From Dendrobates tinctorius (taxonomy: Eukaryota), in assembly GCF_039654945.1 (NCBI RefSeq), contig NW_027361891.1, forward strand, positions 4,278,001-4,342,000: a stretch of DNA of 64,000 nucleotides, given 5' to 3'. This document shows positions 11,800 to 25,768 of the stretch, piece by piece (within the stretch, counting starts at the first letter, position 1; every line of letters starts with the position of its first letter). The notes below the pieces were generated by a model. It did not search any database. It saw nothing but the letters and a program-made list of their open reading frames with translations, and had not been told where the DNA came from. Both the position numbers and the translations under genes were made by a program.

Positions 11800-13332
11800 G
11801 TAGAGATTTTTTTTTTCTTCTTTTTTTCCAATTGGGGATGGTCTATTCTCAAGGTCCAGGTGGATTGATTTCTAGACTATTTTCCTTGTTTACACATGCG
11901 AAAATGCTGAGTCTTCATTAGCAGTATTGGATATATGGAAATCCAAGATTCCATCACTGAACAATGAGTTAGGTGTGGATTTACTTGAATCCCACTTGTG
12001 TGTCTCCAGATATAAATAATACATTAATTCAACTAAATATCATACATCAGTTATCTCACACCGGTTAGATTGGGGAAAAATGGGCAAATCTAGGGATGTC
12101 ATGGCCCAAAGTCTGGTTTCCAAAATGCGGACTTTTGGCACATGATCTTTTTGGAAAGAAATACAATACTTTGTATCGATTATTCTAAATCTTGATATTT
12201 CCATAGAACCTGTTATGTTTGGTATCTTGGAAGAGGAAATGTGGCCCCTTCACTCTCGTATATTTCTCAGAGAGTCTTTATTCCTAAGGGGCCCGTCACA
12301 CATAGCGAGATCGCTGATTTTGTGACGCATCAGCAATCTTGCTAGCGATCTCGCTGTGTGTGGCACAGATCAGCAACCGGCCCCCCTGCCGGGTATCGCT
12401 GATCGTGCAGGAAAATCCTGGGCCATTTTTTGATCATTGGTCTCCCGCTGGCCAGCACGTATCGCTGCGTGTGGCAGCGGGAGACCAACAATCAGCAAAT
12501 TCCCAGCGCTGAAAGCAGACGCTGGGAGCTGGTATCCAAGGTAAATATCGGGAAACTAAGTGCGTGCCGTGCGCGCTTAGTTACCCGATATTTATCTTGG
12601 ATACCAGCTCTCAGCGTGAGCACGCTGTTATCCTAGGTACACAGTAGGTAACTAAGCGACACGCATGCTTAGTTACTGCTATTTACCTTGGTTACCTGCG
12701 TCGTCGCTGTCCTGATCGCTGGTGTGTCTGCCTGGTTGGCAGCTCACCAGCGATTATGTAGCGATGAACCAGCGATCCTGACCAGGTCGTATCGTTGTCG
12801 GGATCGCTGGTGCATCGTTTGGTGTGACGGGACCCTAAGCGGGAAAACGATAGCTATACAATGGATGGATAAACGACCTCCAAAATCGAGAGCACGGCGA
12901 TTATGAATATTTCATATATAAGAATAGTAAATGCCAAGAAAAGTTTGTAAAGGTGTGGGGGGACATGAGTTAGATCTCCGCAAACAGGTGGAACTCCTCA
13001 AGTCCTAATGGCTAACGTTCGAGATCTGGTTGAAACAGTGGGTTAAGGTGAAAACAAGAAAAGGTTTAATGTACATTAACTTATGAAACTAGACCAGGAG
13101 TCACAAATTTTGTTCATCATTAAATTGTTTATTTGTATGATTTATCTAAACTTCACTCTGAATGACTTTGTAATTGTATAACTCTTAAAATATGTAATGT
13201 ATGAAGCTGGATTCATCTTCTGCATGTTTTTGTTACATGTTGCAATATCCACAATTGATTATGATTTAAAATGCCATTATGTTTTTGCTTTGTGTGATAC
13301 AAACTTTTCAATAAAACAAGTTAAAAAAAAAA
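11800..13332 (+). mobile_element. Degraded L1/Tx1-type LINE 3' fragment, interrupted by a MITE
   Basis: ORF2 C-terminal remnants (YLTPVRLG, NADFWHMI, LFL..K.IAIQWM), followed by aataaa and an A tail at about 13310-13332. Confidence 0.65.
12288..12835. mobile_element. PIF/Harbinger-type MITE
   Basis: TIRs ggggcccgtcacac / gtgtgacgggaccc; TAA duplicated on both sides; many internal (A)GCGATC(GCT) motifs. Confidence 0.85.
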
Positions 13333-13334
13333 CA

Positions 13335-14122
13335 AAAAACACCACCTTAACTTTATACTTGTAGAGATGAAAAAAAATGGTATCTGAAAATGATGCAGAG
13401 AGAAAAAAGCAACTTTAAGGAGATTTTCTTCTGCAAGAGTGGTAAAACATTTAATAGAAAAAAGTTAAAAAAATTGGCATGGCTGTAATTGTATCAAACC
13501 ATACTATAATTCTATGTTTTTATTTACCCTGCATAGAGCATGCAAAAAAAAAAAAAAAAGCCAAAAAATCAATCGCAGAATTGCAGTTTTGTTTCTCACT
13601 CCCCTACAAAAAAATACACAAACCCAAAACATTATATTCAACCCAAAACAGTACCAGTGAAAACTACAACTTGTCTCACAAAACACAAGCCCTGTTATAG
13701 CTCCCATTGTATTAAAATTATGACTTTCAAAATACAGTAACAGAAAAAATGATTATTTTTTCCAAACAGTATTGTATAAAACAAAACATATAAAACATAA
13801 ATGTGGTATGTCCATAATCATGCTGACCAGTTAATATACTTTATTGTGCAGCAGATGAAAGATATAAAATGTCAAAAAAAGCAGAACTAGAGGTTTTTTT
13901 TTTATTTTTCTTCCCATAAGGAGTTAATAAAAGTCACTTATTAGGTTATGTATACCCTAAAAATGGTGTAATTGAGAAATATAACTAATCATGCAAAAAA
14001 AAAAAAAAGCTATGTCTACAAAAAGATAAAGTTGTGGCTCATGGAATGTGACAATGAAAAAAAACCCCCTCAAAAAATGTGTTTACTTAAAGGCCAAATT
14101 AGGTTTGGTCCTTAAAGGGTTA
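13335..14122. mobile_element. AT-rich non-autonomous piggyBac-like fragment
   Basis: Ends ...ggtccttaaagggtta, a piggyBac-like terminus; resembles the other AT-rich piggyBac derivatives in the window. Confidence 0.5.
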
Positions 14123-14171
14123 TTCTACAGACCATAAGGGGACACTTCACGACGGTATTTTGAGAACTTAC

Positions 14172-14273
14172 GTCTTGAGGTCTTTCTCGATCGTTCTGTT
14201 GCAGAAGTTGAATTGCAGATGGACTTCAGTATTCTTGTGAATGGTCTCGTTATACTCATTTCTCATCACTTCA
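14172..14273 (-). CDS. TBK1: TBK1 exon 12 equivalent
   Basis: Encodes EVMRNEYNETIHKNTEVHLQFNFCNRTIEKDLK (human [33 protein letters not shown]). Borders ttttcag| and |gtaagt; 102 bp. Confidence 0.92.
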
Positions 14274-14429
14274 CTGAAAAAGAGAGGACACTGCTGACAA
14301 GTGAGGTCTACTTGATAAAACTCAACGTACAACGTAGGATGAGAACAAGCCAGTGATGAAATCTGGGATAGCGCCCAAACGGATGTGAACATAGCATTAC
14401 ATTTTAATATTAACTTCCATTTCAAAATC

Positions 14430-17400
14430 GGCTTTAGCACTAGACACCATTGATTTTACCATATCGTGTACTGGAAAACGGGAAAACAATACCAACTGAA
14501 GTGAAATTTGCTCAAAAAACAGGATTTTTGGATTGCTTACCGTAAAATCTGTTTCTCGGAGCCTTCATTGGGGGACACAGTAACCATGGCTGTATGCTGC
14601 TGTCACTAGGAGGCTGACACTATGCACAAAAAAAAGGTTAGCTCCTCCTCCGCAGTATACACCCCACCGACCGGCACTAATTTCCTCAGTTAGTGAGAAA
14701 GCAGTAGGAGAAGTAACAAAACAGAATGAAAACAGAACAGACAACTCAACTGTAATCAACAAATAACATAAGAACAGGAGTTGCAGAATATGGGAGGGTG
14801 CTCTGTCCCCCAATGAAGGCTCCGAGAAACAGATTTTACGGTAAGCAACCCAAAAATCCTGTTTTCTCTATCGCCTCATTGGGGGACACAGAAACCATGG
14901 GATGTCCCAATGCAGTCCCTGGGGAGGGAAAGCAAACTTCCATTAGGTCTGAGGACTTGCCACCGCCGCCTGCAGGATTCTTCTGCCTAGGCTGGCGTCC
15001 GCCGAAGCGTAGGTGTGGACCTTGTAAAATCTGGCAAACGTGTGGATCGAAGACCAGGTTGCCGCTTTGCAGAGCTGCTGTGTAGAAGCTCTGTGGTGCA
15101 CCGCCCAGGAAGCACACACTGCCCGTGTAGCGTGAGCTCTAATCCCAGGAGGGGGCACTCGATGCCTGACCCGGTAGGCCTCCAAAATTGCTGATCTGAT
15201 CCAGCGAGCAATGGTAGCTTTGGAGGCCGGCTGACCTTTCCGCGCACCATCTGGAATGATGAAAAGAGAATCTGTCTTCCGCAAGGGAGACATCCTAGCC
15301 AGGTAAACCTTCATCGCCCTGACTAGGTCTAGCTTGTTCAAGGGGCGCTCCAGAGGGTGGATTGGACCCGGACAAAAGGACGGGAGAACAATGTCTTCAT
15401 TTAGGTGAAAAGTGGACACCACCTTAGGAAGGAAGGCGGGGGCCACAGGACCACCTTGTCCTGATGGAGCACCAAAAAAGGGGGACGACAAGAAAGGGCT
15501 GCCAATTCCGACACGCGACGGATGGAGGTGATGGCCACCAGAAAGGCTACTTTCCAGGAAAGGAGAGATAGGGAGACCTCCCTGAGAGGTTCAAAGGGAG
15601 ACTGTTCAAGAGCCTCCAGAACCAGATTGAGATCCCATGGATCCACGGGAGGGCGGTACGGAGGTGCCGTATGAGCCACTCCCTGAAGAAAGGTTTTGAC
15701 CTGCGGACGGGAGGCCAACGTCTTCTGAAAAAGGATGGAAAGCGCCGAGACTTGACTCTTCAACGAGCTGAGGGCAAGGCCCGCATCTAGGCCAGCCTGG
15801 AGGAACGCCAGGATAGAAGGAAGAGAAAAGGACATGGGCGGAACGTCATTGGCCTCGCACCAAGAGAAATAGGCCTTTTCTCGTACGATAATATATTCTG
15901 GAAGACGATGGCTTTCTAGCCCAGATTATGGTGTGAATAACCCGATCCGAAAAACCTAACCACTTCAGAACCGCGGTTTCTACAGCCATGCCGTTAAATT
16001 GAGCGGCAGAGAATTGGGATGGCAGATTGGACCTTGAGACAGCAGATCTGCTCTGTCTGGAAGCTTCCAGGGGGACGTCTGCGAGAAGGTTGATGATGTC
16101 CACGAACCAAGGCCTTCTGCGCCAATCCGGGGCGATGAGGATGACTGGTACCCCTTCCGCCTTGACTTTCTTCAACAGCTTGGGAAGAAGAGGAAGGGGA
16201 GGGAACAGATAGGGGAGCTTGAACTGCGACCCGGGAATGGTCAGAGCATCGGCGCCCACTGCGAGAGGATCTCGGGCCCTGGATACTAACTGTGGGACTT
16301 TCCTGTTCAGGCGAAACGCCAGCAGGTCCACGACCGGAGTCCCCCAACGACGGCAAAGCTGATGAAAGACGTCCGGATGTAAGTACCACTCTCCCGCCGC
16401 GAGACCCTCGCGGCTGAGAAAATCGGCGGCCCAGTTGTCCACGCCGGGAATGTGCACTGCGGATATCGCTGGGACCGATACCTCTGCCCAGTAGAGAATC
16501 CTGGACACTTCCGCTAGAGCTGAGGAGCTCCGTGTCCCCCCATGGTGGCTGACATATGCCACTGCCGTGGCATTGTCTGTCTGAATCCTGACCGGCAGAC
16601 CCCTGAGAAGCCCTTCCCAGTGAATGAGACACAGATAAATCGCCCGAATCTCGAGGACGTTGATCGGCAGAGTTGTCTCTTGAGTCGACCACCGACCCTG
16701 AACCGGTTGATTGCGTAACACAGCTCCCCAGCCGAGAAGGCTGGCGTCCGTTGTCACAATCTGCCAGTGAATCGGAAGAAATGACCAGCCCAGGGAAATG
16801 AGTGGTGACGTCAGCCACCAATTGAGGGACTGTTTGACCCGAGACGAGAGGCGAATTGGACGATCCAGGGAGAGGACGGACCTGTTCCACCAAGACAAAA
16901 TGGCCTGCTGAAGCGGTCTCGTGTGAAATTGAGCAAAGGGGATCGCTTCGGTCGTTGCCACCATCTTTCCCAAGACTTTCATGGCTGAACGGAAAGATGG
17001 AAACTTCGGGCTCTGCAGTGATGGAACATCACGCTGCAGAGAGATCAACTTGTCTTCAGGGAGAAAGACTCTTGCTTGACGGGTATCGAATAACAAGCCT
17101 AGAAACACAAGACGTTGCGTCAGAACGAGGCAGGACTTCCTCCTGTTTACGAGCCACCCGAAACTGGACAGGGTGTCGAGAACGATGGTAAGGCTTTGGA
17201 GAGTCTGGTGAAAAGACGGAGCTTTGATTTAAAGGTCGTCGAGGTACGGGAAGAGTACGAGACCTCTGATCCTTAACAGGGCCATCAACGCCGCCATGAG
17301 CTTTGTAAACATTCTAGGCGCTGTGGCGAGACCGAACGGCAGGGCGACAAACTGGTAGTGGTCCTGATGAATCGGAAAGCGCAGGAATTTCTGATGCCCG

Positions 17401-20400
17401 TGAAAGATGGGGACGTGCAGATAGGCATCTTGAATGTCTATTGAGCACATGAATTCCTGCGCCTCCATGGAAGCGATTACTGAACAAAGAGACTCCATCC
17501 TGAAATGCCGCAGGCGGACTCTCGTTCAGCAGTTTGAGGTCCAGAATGGGCCGAACCGCGCCCCCTTTTTTTCGGCACTTCAAACAGGTTTGAGTAAAAC
17601 CCTGTGAATCGTTCTGTTTCGGGAACGGGCACAATCACACCGGAACTGAGAAGAGTGTCGATGGATGCAAAGAAGCCCGGAACTAAGGAGGGGTCTTTTG
17701 GAGGACAGGACTCGAAGAAGCGATTCCGGGGCCGAGAAACAAACTCTATCTTGTATCCTGAGGATACTACTTTCCTGACCCAAGCATCTTCCACCGAGGC
17801 AAGCCAGACGTCTTTGAAGAAAAGGAGTCGGCTGCCCAGTTGAAAAGGCGCCTCGGGACCTTGTAGATAGTCATGCAGAGGTGGACCTTCCAGTTCTGGA
17901 CCTGGAGGATCTGCCTTGGGAGGAGTGAGAACGCCAGGATGGAGTGGGCCTAAAGGAGACCTTTTTCCTATCCTGGCGTGCTTGCGGCCTTTGTTGGTTG
18001 GAAAAGGTTTCTGCCGTTGCAAAACGGCAGAAAGACCGAAAGGGCCGAAATTGACGCTTTTGTGGAGGTCTACGAGGCTTGGATTGAGGGAGAAAAGAAC
18101 TTGTGCCTCCGGTGGCATCCTTAATAATCTGATCCAGTTGGGATCCGAAGAGACGCGTTCCCTGAAAAGGCAGATTGGTGAGGGACTTTTTTGAAGACAA
18201 ATCCGCCTGCCAAGCCTTGAGCCAAATTGTACGCCGGATTGCAACAATGCTGCAGGACGCCTGAGCTGCGCAAGACGCGGTATCCAAGGAGGCAGAGACC
18301 AGATAATCCCCTGCATGGGAAATCTGGTTGGCTAGTTCAGCCAATCGCTCTGGTTGGGCTCTATCTAGAATGCCCTGGCGGAGATCCTCCGCCCAAGTAG
18401 CTATGGCCTTTGCTACCCAAGTTGAAGCGAAGGCTGGGCTTAGCACCATCGCGGCCGCTTCGAATGCTGACTTTGCTAAGGATTCTATGATCCTATCGTT
18501 AGAATCCTGTAGAGACGCCACACCTGAAATCGGGAGGACCGTGTTGTTAGATAGTCTGGATACGGGAGCATCTACAGAGGGGGATGCCGACCAATTGTCC
18601 GTGAGCTCTTTAGGAAATGGATACAGCACGCCGAGGCGCTTCCCTCTTTGAAAGCGCCTAGTCGGATTTTCTCTTTCCCTGGCAAGGAGCTTACCAAACT
18701 CAGAGTGAGAGGAGAAGACTCTGGAAGGTGTTTCTGCCCGTCTGAACGAAACCTCCTGATCTGAGGGTTTCGCAGGGGAGTCTGATTTCGAAAGTGTGGT
18801 TATTCGCAGCTATGAGGTTCTGCACCGTAACCTTCATGTCCGCGTCATGGTCCGAATCCAGCTCTAAAATCTCTTCGGATGGCGCATCCGAGAACGCTTC
18901 GCCTGACTCGGGTGAGGAGGCACGGGAAGGAGACTGCTGGGGAGGAGTATGTGGTGAGATGGGGCGAGGAGAGGATTCCAGCCGGAGATCCTGTCTGGGT
19001 CTTTTGCAGCTTACGCTGGCTGGCTCAGATGGAACCTCTTGAGACCTGCTGGACCCTGCAGAAGAGTCCAGGGGCAACTTATCAAGAACGGCCACTAGGG
19101 ACTGAGACACCCTGGTAAGCTCTGCCACTGATTGTGATAGAGACGAAGCCCAGCCAGGAATGGAGGGTTCACTCTCACGTGGAGCAATAGATGGCTCCTG
19201 GGCAGCGTAGGGCTGAATCGGATTGCTGCAGTCTAGGCAGAGGGGAGTGGACAGACCTGAGGGAAGTTTGCGATTGCAAGAAGAACATGCAAAGAACTTG
19301 ACTAGAGTGCAAGTGGGAGCCGGAGGATGGGTACGATCAGGCTTAGAGTTAGACATAGTGAAAGAGAGCAACTGAAGTAATGCCTGAAGGTTGGGGACAG
19401 AAGGCAGGGGAGGGTGTCAGTCTGCAGATGAAGAGCTACTCACAGCCCGGTGTCCCTAGAAAGCGATGCCACACGACTTGTCTGTAGATGCAGGGCAGCG
19501 GAGAGCGGTGTCTGGCTGACAGTCTGAGAAGATGGCGGCCGCCTGAGAGGAGGAGGAACGCGCGCTTTCAGAGGAAGAAGGGCGGAGCTAGCCGCCGAGG
19601 CTGAAGGAGGCACCGCCCGCTGGCCAAGAACAGGCTAGGATCCAAGAGAGAGCAGTGGGTGGACCTAGAACGGGCGGGAGAGAAGCCCGCTTAGCAGAAA
19701 GGGGCGGGGGCGTGGCCGCGACGCAGAAGAAGGCCCGAAATGAAACCGGGGCCTACATTAATAGCGGCAGCCTGTCAGCACGGGGCGGCGCGGAGGTCCA
19801 GCAGCGCTGCCGTGGCAACCGACCTGAAGATCGCTGCTGATGCCTGCCGGCGGGAGAAGGCCGCCTAGGAATGAAGGCGGGGAGGGTAGCGCAGGGCAAG
19901 GCCCATACTGACGCCAGTGCCAGGAGTAACTGCGGCGGCCGCCGTGGCCGCTTTGAAAAATATTGGAGCCGCTGAGATGCCCATCTGGGAATGAGGAGGA
20001 CGCGACTCAGACCCCATACTTACCTTCGTTTTGCATTCAATAAAGGTACCTTATTATCCCACGCTGTCTGATCCGTCTTTTGTTGTGTCCACGCCTCATC
20101 CAAACCGACAGGCTCTGGTGGGCGAGTGGGTTGGAGACGGGGGGGCGAGGACCATCTGGATCGCTGGCACGAACCCGTGCTGAGCTCTTGGTCCTGCTGT
20201 GGAGAGCTATGAGGATACGGGGTGGCAGTACACGCTGTACTCATAGTCTTTGTGGGAGTACAGTTGTGACTATTCACACCATATCCCTCCGGAAACCTGA
20301 AAGGGAACGACGCACATCGAGGTAGATAAGGGTCTAATAAAAGACCAGTGTCCACCTCCTACTGACACTAAGCTAAACTGAGGAAATTAGTGCCGGTCGG

Positions 20401-20672
20401 TGGGGTGTATACAGCGGAGGAGGAGCTAACCTTTTCTGTGCATAGTGTCAGCCTCCTAGTGGCAGCAGCATACACCCATGGTTTCTGTGTCCCCCAATGA
20501 GGCGATCGAGAAAGTGCAATTACACAATTTTTCTTTTTTGTTCTTTTTACACCATGTTCACTAAGTGCTAAAACTGACCTGCTATTATGATTCCAGAGGT
20601 CATTACGCATTCAGTGTTACCAAACATGTCTAGGTTATTTTTTATTTAGGGGTTGAAAAAAAATCCAAAGTT

Positions 20673-20707
<35 letters not shown>

Positions 20708-21304
20708 CCATTTTTTTCAAGACCTGCAGTATCTCCATTTTTTGGGATCTGGGGCTTGGTGAGGGGTTGCTTTTCTGGGCGCGGAGCTTTTGTTTTTACT
20801 GATACCAATTTGGGGTAGAAACGATCTTTCGATCGCCTGTTATTGCAATGTTGCGGTGACCAAAAATCCGTAGTTCCCGAGTTTTGATTTTTTTTTTTGT
20901 TATGGCACTTACTGATTGGATTAAATATTTTTATACTTTAATATATCGGGCTTTTATGAACGCAGCGATACAAAACGTGTATTTAAGTTTTACTTTGTTT
21001 TTTTATGTTTTATTTTAAATGGGGCAATTTGGATATATTTTTTTAAACTTTTTTTTATTTTACTTTTTACTGACTTCAATAGTTTCCTTAGGAGTCTTGA
21101 AGCTGCAATCTTCTGATCGCTTGTGCTACCCATAGTAGGGCTTCAGCCCTGCTCTGTGTAGCAGAAATGATCATCTGCTGTGAACACCAGCCACGGGCCG
21201 GATCTTGTGCCTGAAAAGATGAGGGCTCAGCGCCGGAGAATGCATCAAAGAGAAAAAAAGCGAGCGATGACGTATAGATACGTCGTAAGTCGTAAAGGGG
21301 TTAA
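14430..21304. mobile_element. Non-autonomous piggyBac-like element interrupted by DIRS-B
   Basis: Right end gacgtatagatacgtcgtaagtcgtaaagggg-ttaa. Sequence either side of DIRS-B reads through and resembles 56855-57809. Confidence 0.6.
14516..20513 (-). mobile_element. DIRS1-like retrotransposon, family B (more decayed)
   Basis: ITRs at about 14565-14692 and 20375-20513; ICR at about 14803-14900. ORF1 pieces 18700-19371 and 17871-18629; fragmented RT (DIQDAY, LPFGL, YLDD), RNase H, MTase; YR pieces 15401-15835 and 14943-15491. Confidence 0.94.
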
Positions 21305-21621
21305 AGGGACTCTGTCACCAGGTTTTGGTTACGTAATCTGACAGCAGGATGATGAAGGGACAGAAGCCCAAGTTCCAAAGATGTATCACTTAGTTTCCTG
21401 GGAGCAGGAGTTGTGACACAATGACTGTTTTGTTTTCTGCAGATATAGCAGAGCAGAGCTAGTATTGTAGTGATAATCTCCTGGTCATAAAACACTAATT
21501 TTATTGAAAAAGCAAATCACAGCCTAGTAAGTGATATATCCCTGGAATCAGGCTCTCTTCTCCCCCTACCTCATGGGGCTCTGAGATTATATCGCAAAAC
21601 CTGGTGACAGATTCCGTTTAA
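21301..21621. mobile_element. TTAA-flanked MITE (T2/Kolobok-like)
   Basis: ttaa-agggactctgtcaccagg ... cctggtgacagattccgt-ttaa. Confidence 0.75.
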
Positions 21622-21777
21622 TTCTTTCCCATTTTCATATTTTCCATCCCTCAACATTGATGCACTGCAATACAGGTGGCTCTCAGGACAAAAACAGTTA
21701 TACGTGATATTGTAGCTATGCCGAAACCTATAAATATTGTAATAACCCTTCAAACAATAAGAAAAACAATTCCTTAC

Positions 21778-21869
21778 ATGAGCCAAGAAATTCCTTTCCG
21801 TGTAAGTTCCTGTGTAAGTAACAGAGATGAAGCAACTCGGCAGTAGTAGCAGACGACCCCAGTTACAGC
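21778..21869 (-). CDS. TBK1: TBK1 exon 11 equivalent (scaffold/dimerisation domain)
   Basis: Encodes [30 protein letters not shown] (human [30 protein letters not shown]). Borders ttcaccag| and |gtaagg; 92 bp. Confidence 0.93.
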
Positions 21870-21951
21870 CTGGTGAACAAATTAGGATATATTTAGCAGG
21901 ACAACATAAAATGGATATGTTATAATTAAAATTAATAAGTAACGCACAAAC

Positions 21952-22010
21952 CTTAGCCATGTTTGCATCAATGTCCAAATCATAATGTGTGTGAAGTTTA
22001 GGGATTGATA
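21952..22010 (-). CDS. TBK1: TBK1 exon 10 equivalent
   Basis: Encodes ISIPKLHTHYDLDIDANMAK (human [20 protein letters not shown]). Borders ttccccag| and |gtttgt; 59 bp. Confidence 0.92.
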
Positions 22011-22150
22011 CTGGGGAAAAGAAAGATTATTAATTCCCAGGTCTTTTCTTATAATCCCATTTACAATGAATGAAATAGCTGGAGCACATTAAAGCTATTG
22101 CCTCCGCCTATGAGAAAGAAACAGTTTCTACAGGATCTTGAGGACAGCAT

Positions 22151-22993
22151 TTAAAGGGAACCTGTCAGCAGGATTGTGCACAGTAACCTACAGACCGTGT
22201 CAGGTCGGCGCAGTTATATTGATTACAATGATATCTGGGTGATGAAATCCGTCTTGTGGATGTTGTTTAATCTTTACTGCTGACAGGTCAATGCTCCCTC
22301 ACTGACCTGCCCCCAAGTATACATATTGAATATCTGTACATACTTAAAAAAAAACCGCTTGCGCAGGCAAGTGCCAGCTGTGCTCTGCAGCATAATTATA
22401 TGGTTACTGTGACAAGAACAAATTTTATTCATGTTATTCAGCTTGGAGAGAGAAAAAAAGTCAATTTCAAAATGGCGCCCGCCGTGTCTGCGCAGTAGGA
22501 GCTATCGGTGTGTATAGAGATCCGATAGCGGCCATTTCGCAGGCAGCGCCATCTTGCTGGAGAAAAAAAAATTTTCCTCCTCCATTAATTTCATCCGCCT
22601 GCGCAATAGCAGCTATCTGATCTCTATACACACCGATAGCTGCTACTGCGCAGGCGCCATTTTAAAATTGACTTTTTTTCTCCAAGCTGAACAACATGAA
22701 TACATGTGATTATGCTGCAGCGCAGGTACCACTTGCCTGCAGAAGCGTTTTTTTTTTTTTTTTAAGTATATACACATTCATTATGCAAATTAGGGGGCAG
22801 GTCAGAGCACCACATACACCAACCCAGCTTTAGGGCACGGACACATCATTAGGACAAAAATGAAAATAAAGATTTAGAAACAACCATAAGGCGGATTTCA
22901 TCAACCAAGGTATCATTTTATTCAGTATAACGGCTCCGACCTGACACTGTCTGTAGGTTACTGTGCACAATCCTGCTGACAGGTTTCCTTTAA
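22151..22993. mobile_element. Long palindromic TTAA-flanked MITE (T2/Kolobok-like)
   Basis: ttaa-agggaacctgtcagcaggattgtgcac ... gtgcacaatcctgctgacaggtttcct-ttaa; the arms are complementary nearly to the centre at about 22570. Confidence 0.85.
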
Positions 22994-23320
22994 TTGTAAC
23001 TATCCTGCTAAAAGTTAATGGGAATCTGTCAGTAAGATCAACCCTCTTAATCCAGCGCCATTGGCATGTAGGTCATAGGAAGCTGGATAAAACGATACCT
23101 GATGACTGAAGTACAGAGTGTGTGTGTTGTGTGTGTGGGGGGGGGGATCACATTTTTCTTAATATGTAAATGAGCTTTTTAAGATCGGGCACAGATCTGC
23201 ATGAGAATATGCCTCCATAGCTTATTTAAATAAAAGGGGAGTTACCATATTAAAACATGTAGATCAGAAGAGCAGACTGTGAGACATTACTTGGCTGACT
23301 TTAGTAATGCCCCTTCTCAT

Positions 23321-25733
23321 TTAACCCCTTAACGATCTTAGGCATATCCCATACATCATGGAAGGGAAATTACTTCCCGGCCAAGGACATATGGGATTTG
23401 TCCTGCGAAAATGCAGCATTATGACCGGAGTCAGAATGATAACATTAGGGTGTCTCCATCCCCCGAGACTACGATCGCTGTGATTGGCTCTTCAATTCTG
23501 AACAGCCAAACGCAGTAATTTCAGTGTTACAGGCAATGAAAATGCCTTAAACCAGTGTTACCCAACTCCGGTCCTCAAGAGCCACCAACAGGTCATGTTT
23601 TCAGGATTTCCTTAGTATTGCACAGGTGATAATTGCATCACCTGGACAGGCAAGAATTCAAACACCTGTGCAATATTGAGGAAATCCTAAAAACATGACC
23701 TGCTGGTGGCTCTTGAGGACCATAGTTGGGGAACACTGCCTTAAACACCGAGTTCCAGTCCATGATCTGTGCTCTAACAGTACGGATCATAGTCTGGTGC
23801 TAGGTAATGGCATCACCAGACCCAGCACTGATTGGTGAGATCGAACGATGAGGACAAATCGCACTAGTGCGTCGACACGGTCTGACCTCACAAGTGACCG
23901 CTCTGCACTTCCTCATTCCAGCTTGGAGACAATGCGGGGCGATCACTGTGGTGTCCTGTTGCACATCTGCTGGGTCTTTTTGTGCCACAGACGTTTTCAA
24001 GCCTACGCAAACACGTCTGCTGCTGTTGTTCCTGAAAGAAGACGTTCCTGATCCATAACTTTTCTTAATCCACCCCAATACCCCTCTAACACTTCTCCCC
24101 AACCTCTTCCCCATCCTCTATTCCTTCTGCTGCCAAGCAGTACTTGCTTGATTGTTTTTAGGCAGTTTTCTTTTGCGTCTGCCAAATCAAATTCAGCCGA
24201 GGAGGCATATGCCCTTCCTTGCCTCCGACACGGACAGTGAGGGAGAGGATGCCACCTTTATTTTTCATCCTCCTTCTCAAGTGATACCGAACCGCCATGC
24301 AGACACCCCAGGACAGAAACTGCACCAGTACTGACAGTTAGTGACCCTATATGGGCTGCATCTCCCAAAGATTATGAGCCACAGATTCCTGAATTTGGCC
24401 GGTCATTTAGCGCTTCAGCAACAAGTATGCTGAGGTGTACATTCCCCAAAGGGACATCTGCATGGGTGAGTCCCTAATACATTTCAATATCTGCCCAGTA
24501 AGAGGGCCAGGTACAGAATTAAACTCTATATGCTCTGCGAAAGTACCTTTATGAAGGGAAAACACCTGGATTGAACCCCCTGAATGCCCCCCTGTCCTGG
24601 AAGTGAGTGGAAAAATTGTGTGGGATTTGGTGCACCCACTGCTGGATCAAGGTTATTACCTCTACGTAGATAACTTTTATACCAGCATCCCACTCTTGAA
24701 ATCGCTCTCTGCATGAACTACCGCAACATACGGTACTGTTCGCAAAAATCAGACAGGCCTCCCTCTAAGACGCTAATTGGGCAGCTGCTCAAAAAAGGTG
24801 ATAGCAAAGCCCAATATGGCGACAACATACTGGTGGTCAAGTACAAGGATAAGATGGACGCCCTTTTCTTGACCACCATACATGGTGATGACAGCACTCC
24901 CACTGCTTTACGAGCACCACTACACACTGTGTCCTGGGGTACAACAAGAACATGGGGGGGGGGGGGGGGGAGTTAATCTCTCTGATCAAGTCCTCCAGCT
25001 GTACAGTGCCAAAGACAAGATGTGGTACACAAAACTGGCCGTGCAAGTCGCACAGATGGCACTGCATAATGCTTAGGTGCTATCACGATGTGCAGGCCAG
25101 ACCGGGACCTTACTTCAGTTCCACTAGGTAGTGATCAAGGCCCTAATCTTTGGAAGTCAGGAAGGAGCAAGCCCCAGTACTTCCATAACTGAAGGTGCCT
25201 GTATCATACCAGGCTAGCATTACTCCGGTGAGGTCCCTCAAACAGCAAAGGAAGATATGTTGCAGAGTGTGTTACAGAAGAGGCATAAGAAAGGACACCA
25301 CTTGGCAATGTGACTCCTGCCCCGACAAACCTTGCCTGTGTATAAAACAAGGTTTCCAGCTGTACCACACATCCATGGACTACCAAATTAATTTCTGACT
25401 TAGACAACTCACGTATGCCAACCTGACGTACACTACACAACTCACTTATGCCACAACATTATAACATTCACATACCAGGAAAACAGTAGATCAATTCAAT
25501 ATAGTTACTTGTGGGGGGGAATTTTCCACTGTTTAGGTACAACAGGGTCTCTCCAAACGTGAAATTAAGCCCGCAGATCATTCCATCAAAGTTTGTGTTC
25601 CAAAACAACACTCCTTCCTTTTTGAGCCCTGCCATGCACCCAAACAGCAGTTTTTCCTCACATATGGGGTATCAGCATACTCAGGATAAATTGCACAGAT
25701 TTGTGTCCAATTTCTCCTGTTAGCTTTATTGAA

Positions 25734-25768
<35 letters not shown>

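Noticed and set aside
1-14171. TBK1 exon 13
   Set aside because: No convincing match with splice sites was found by eye; it is probably beyond the window start, though a diverged short exon could have been missed.
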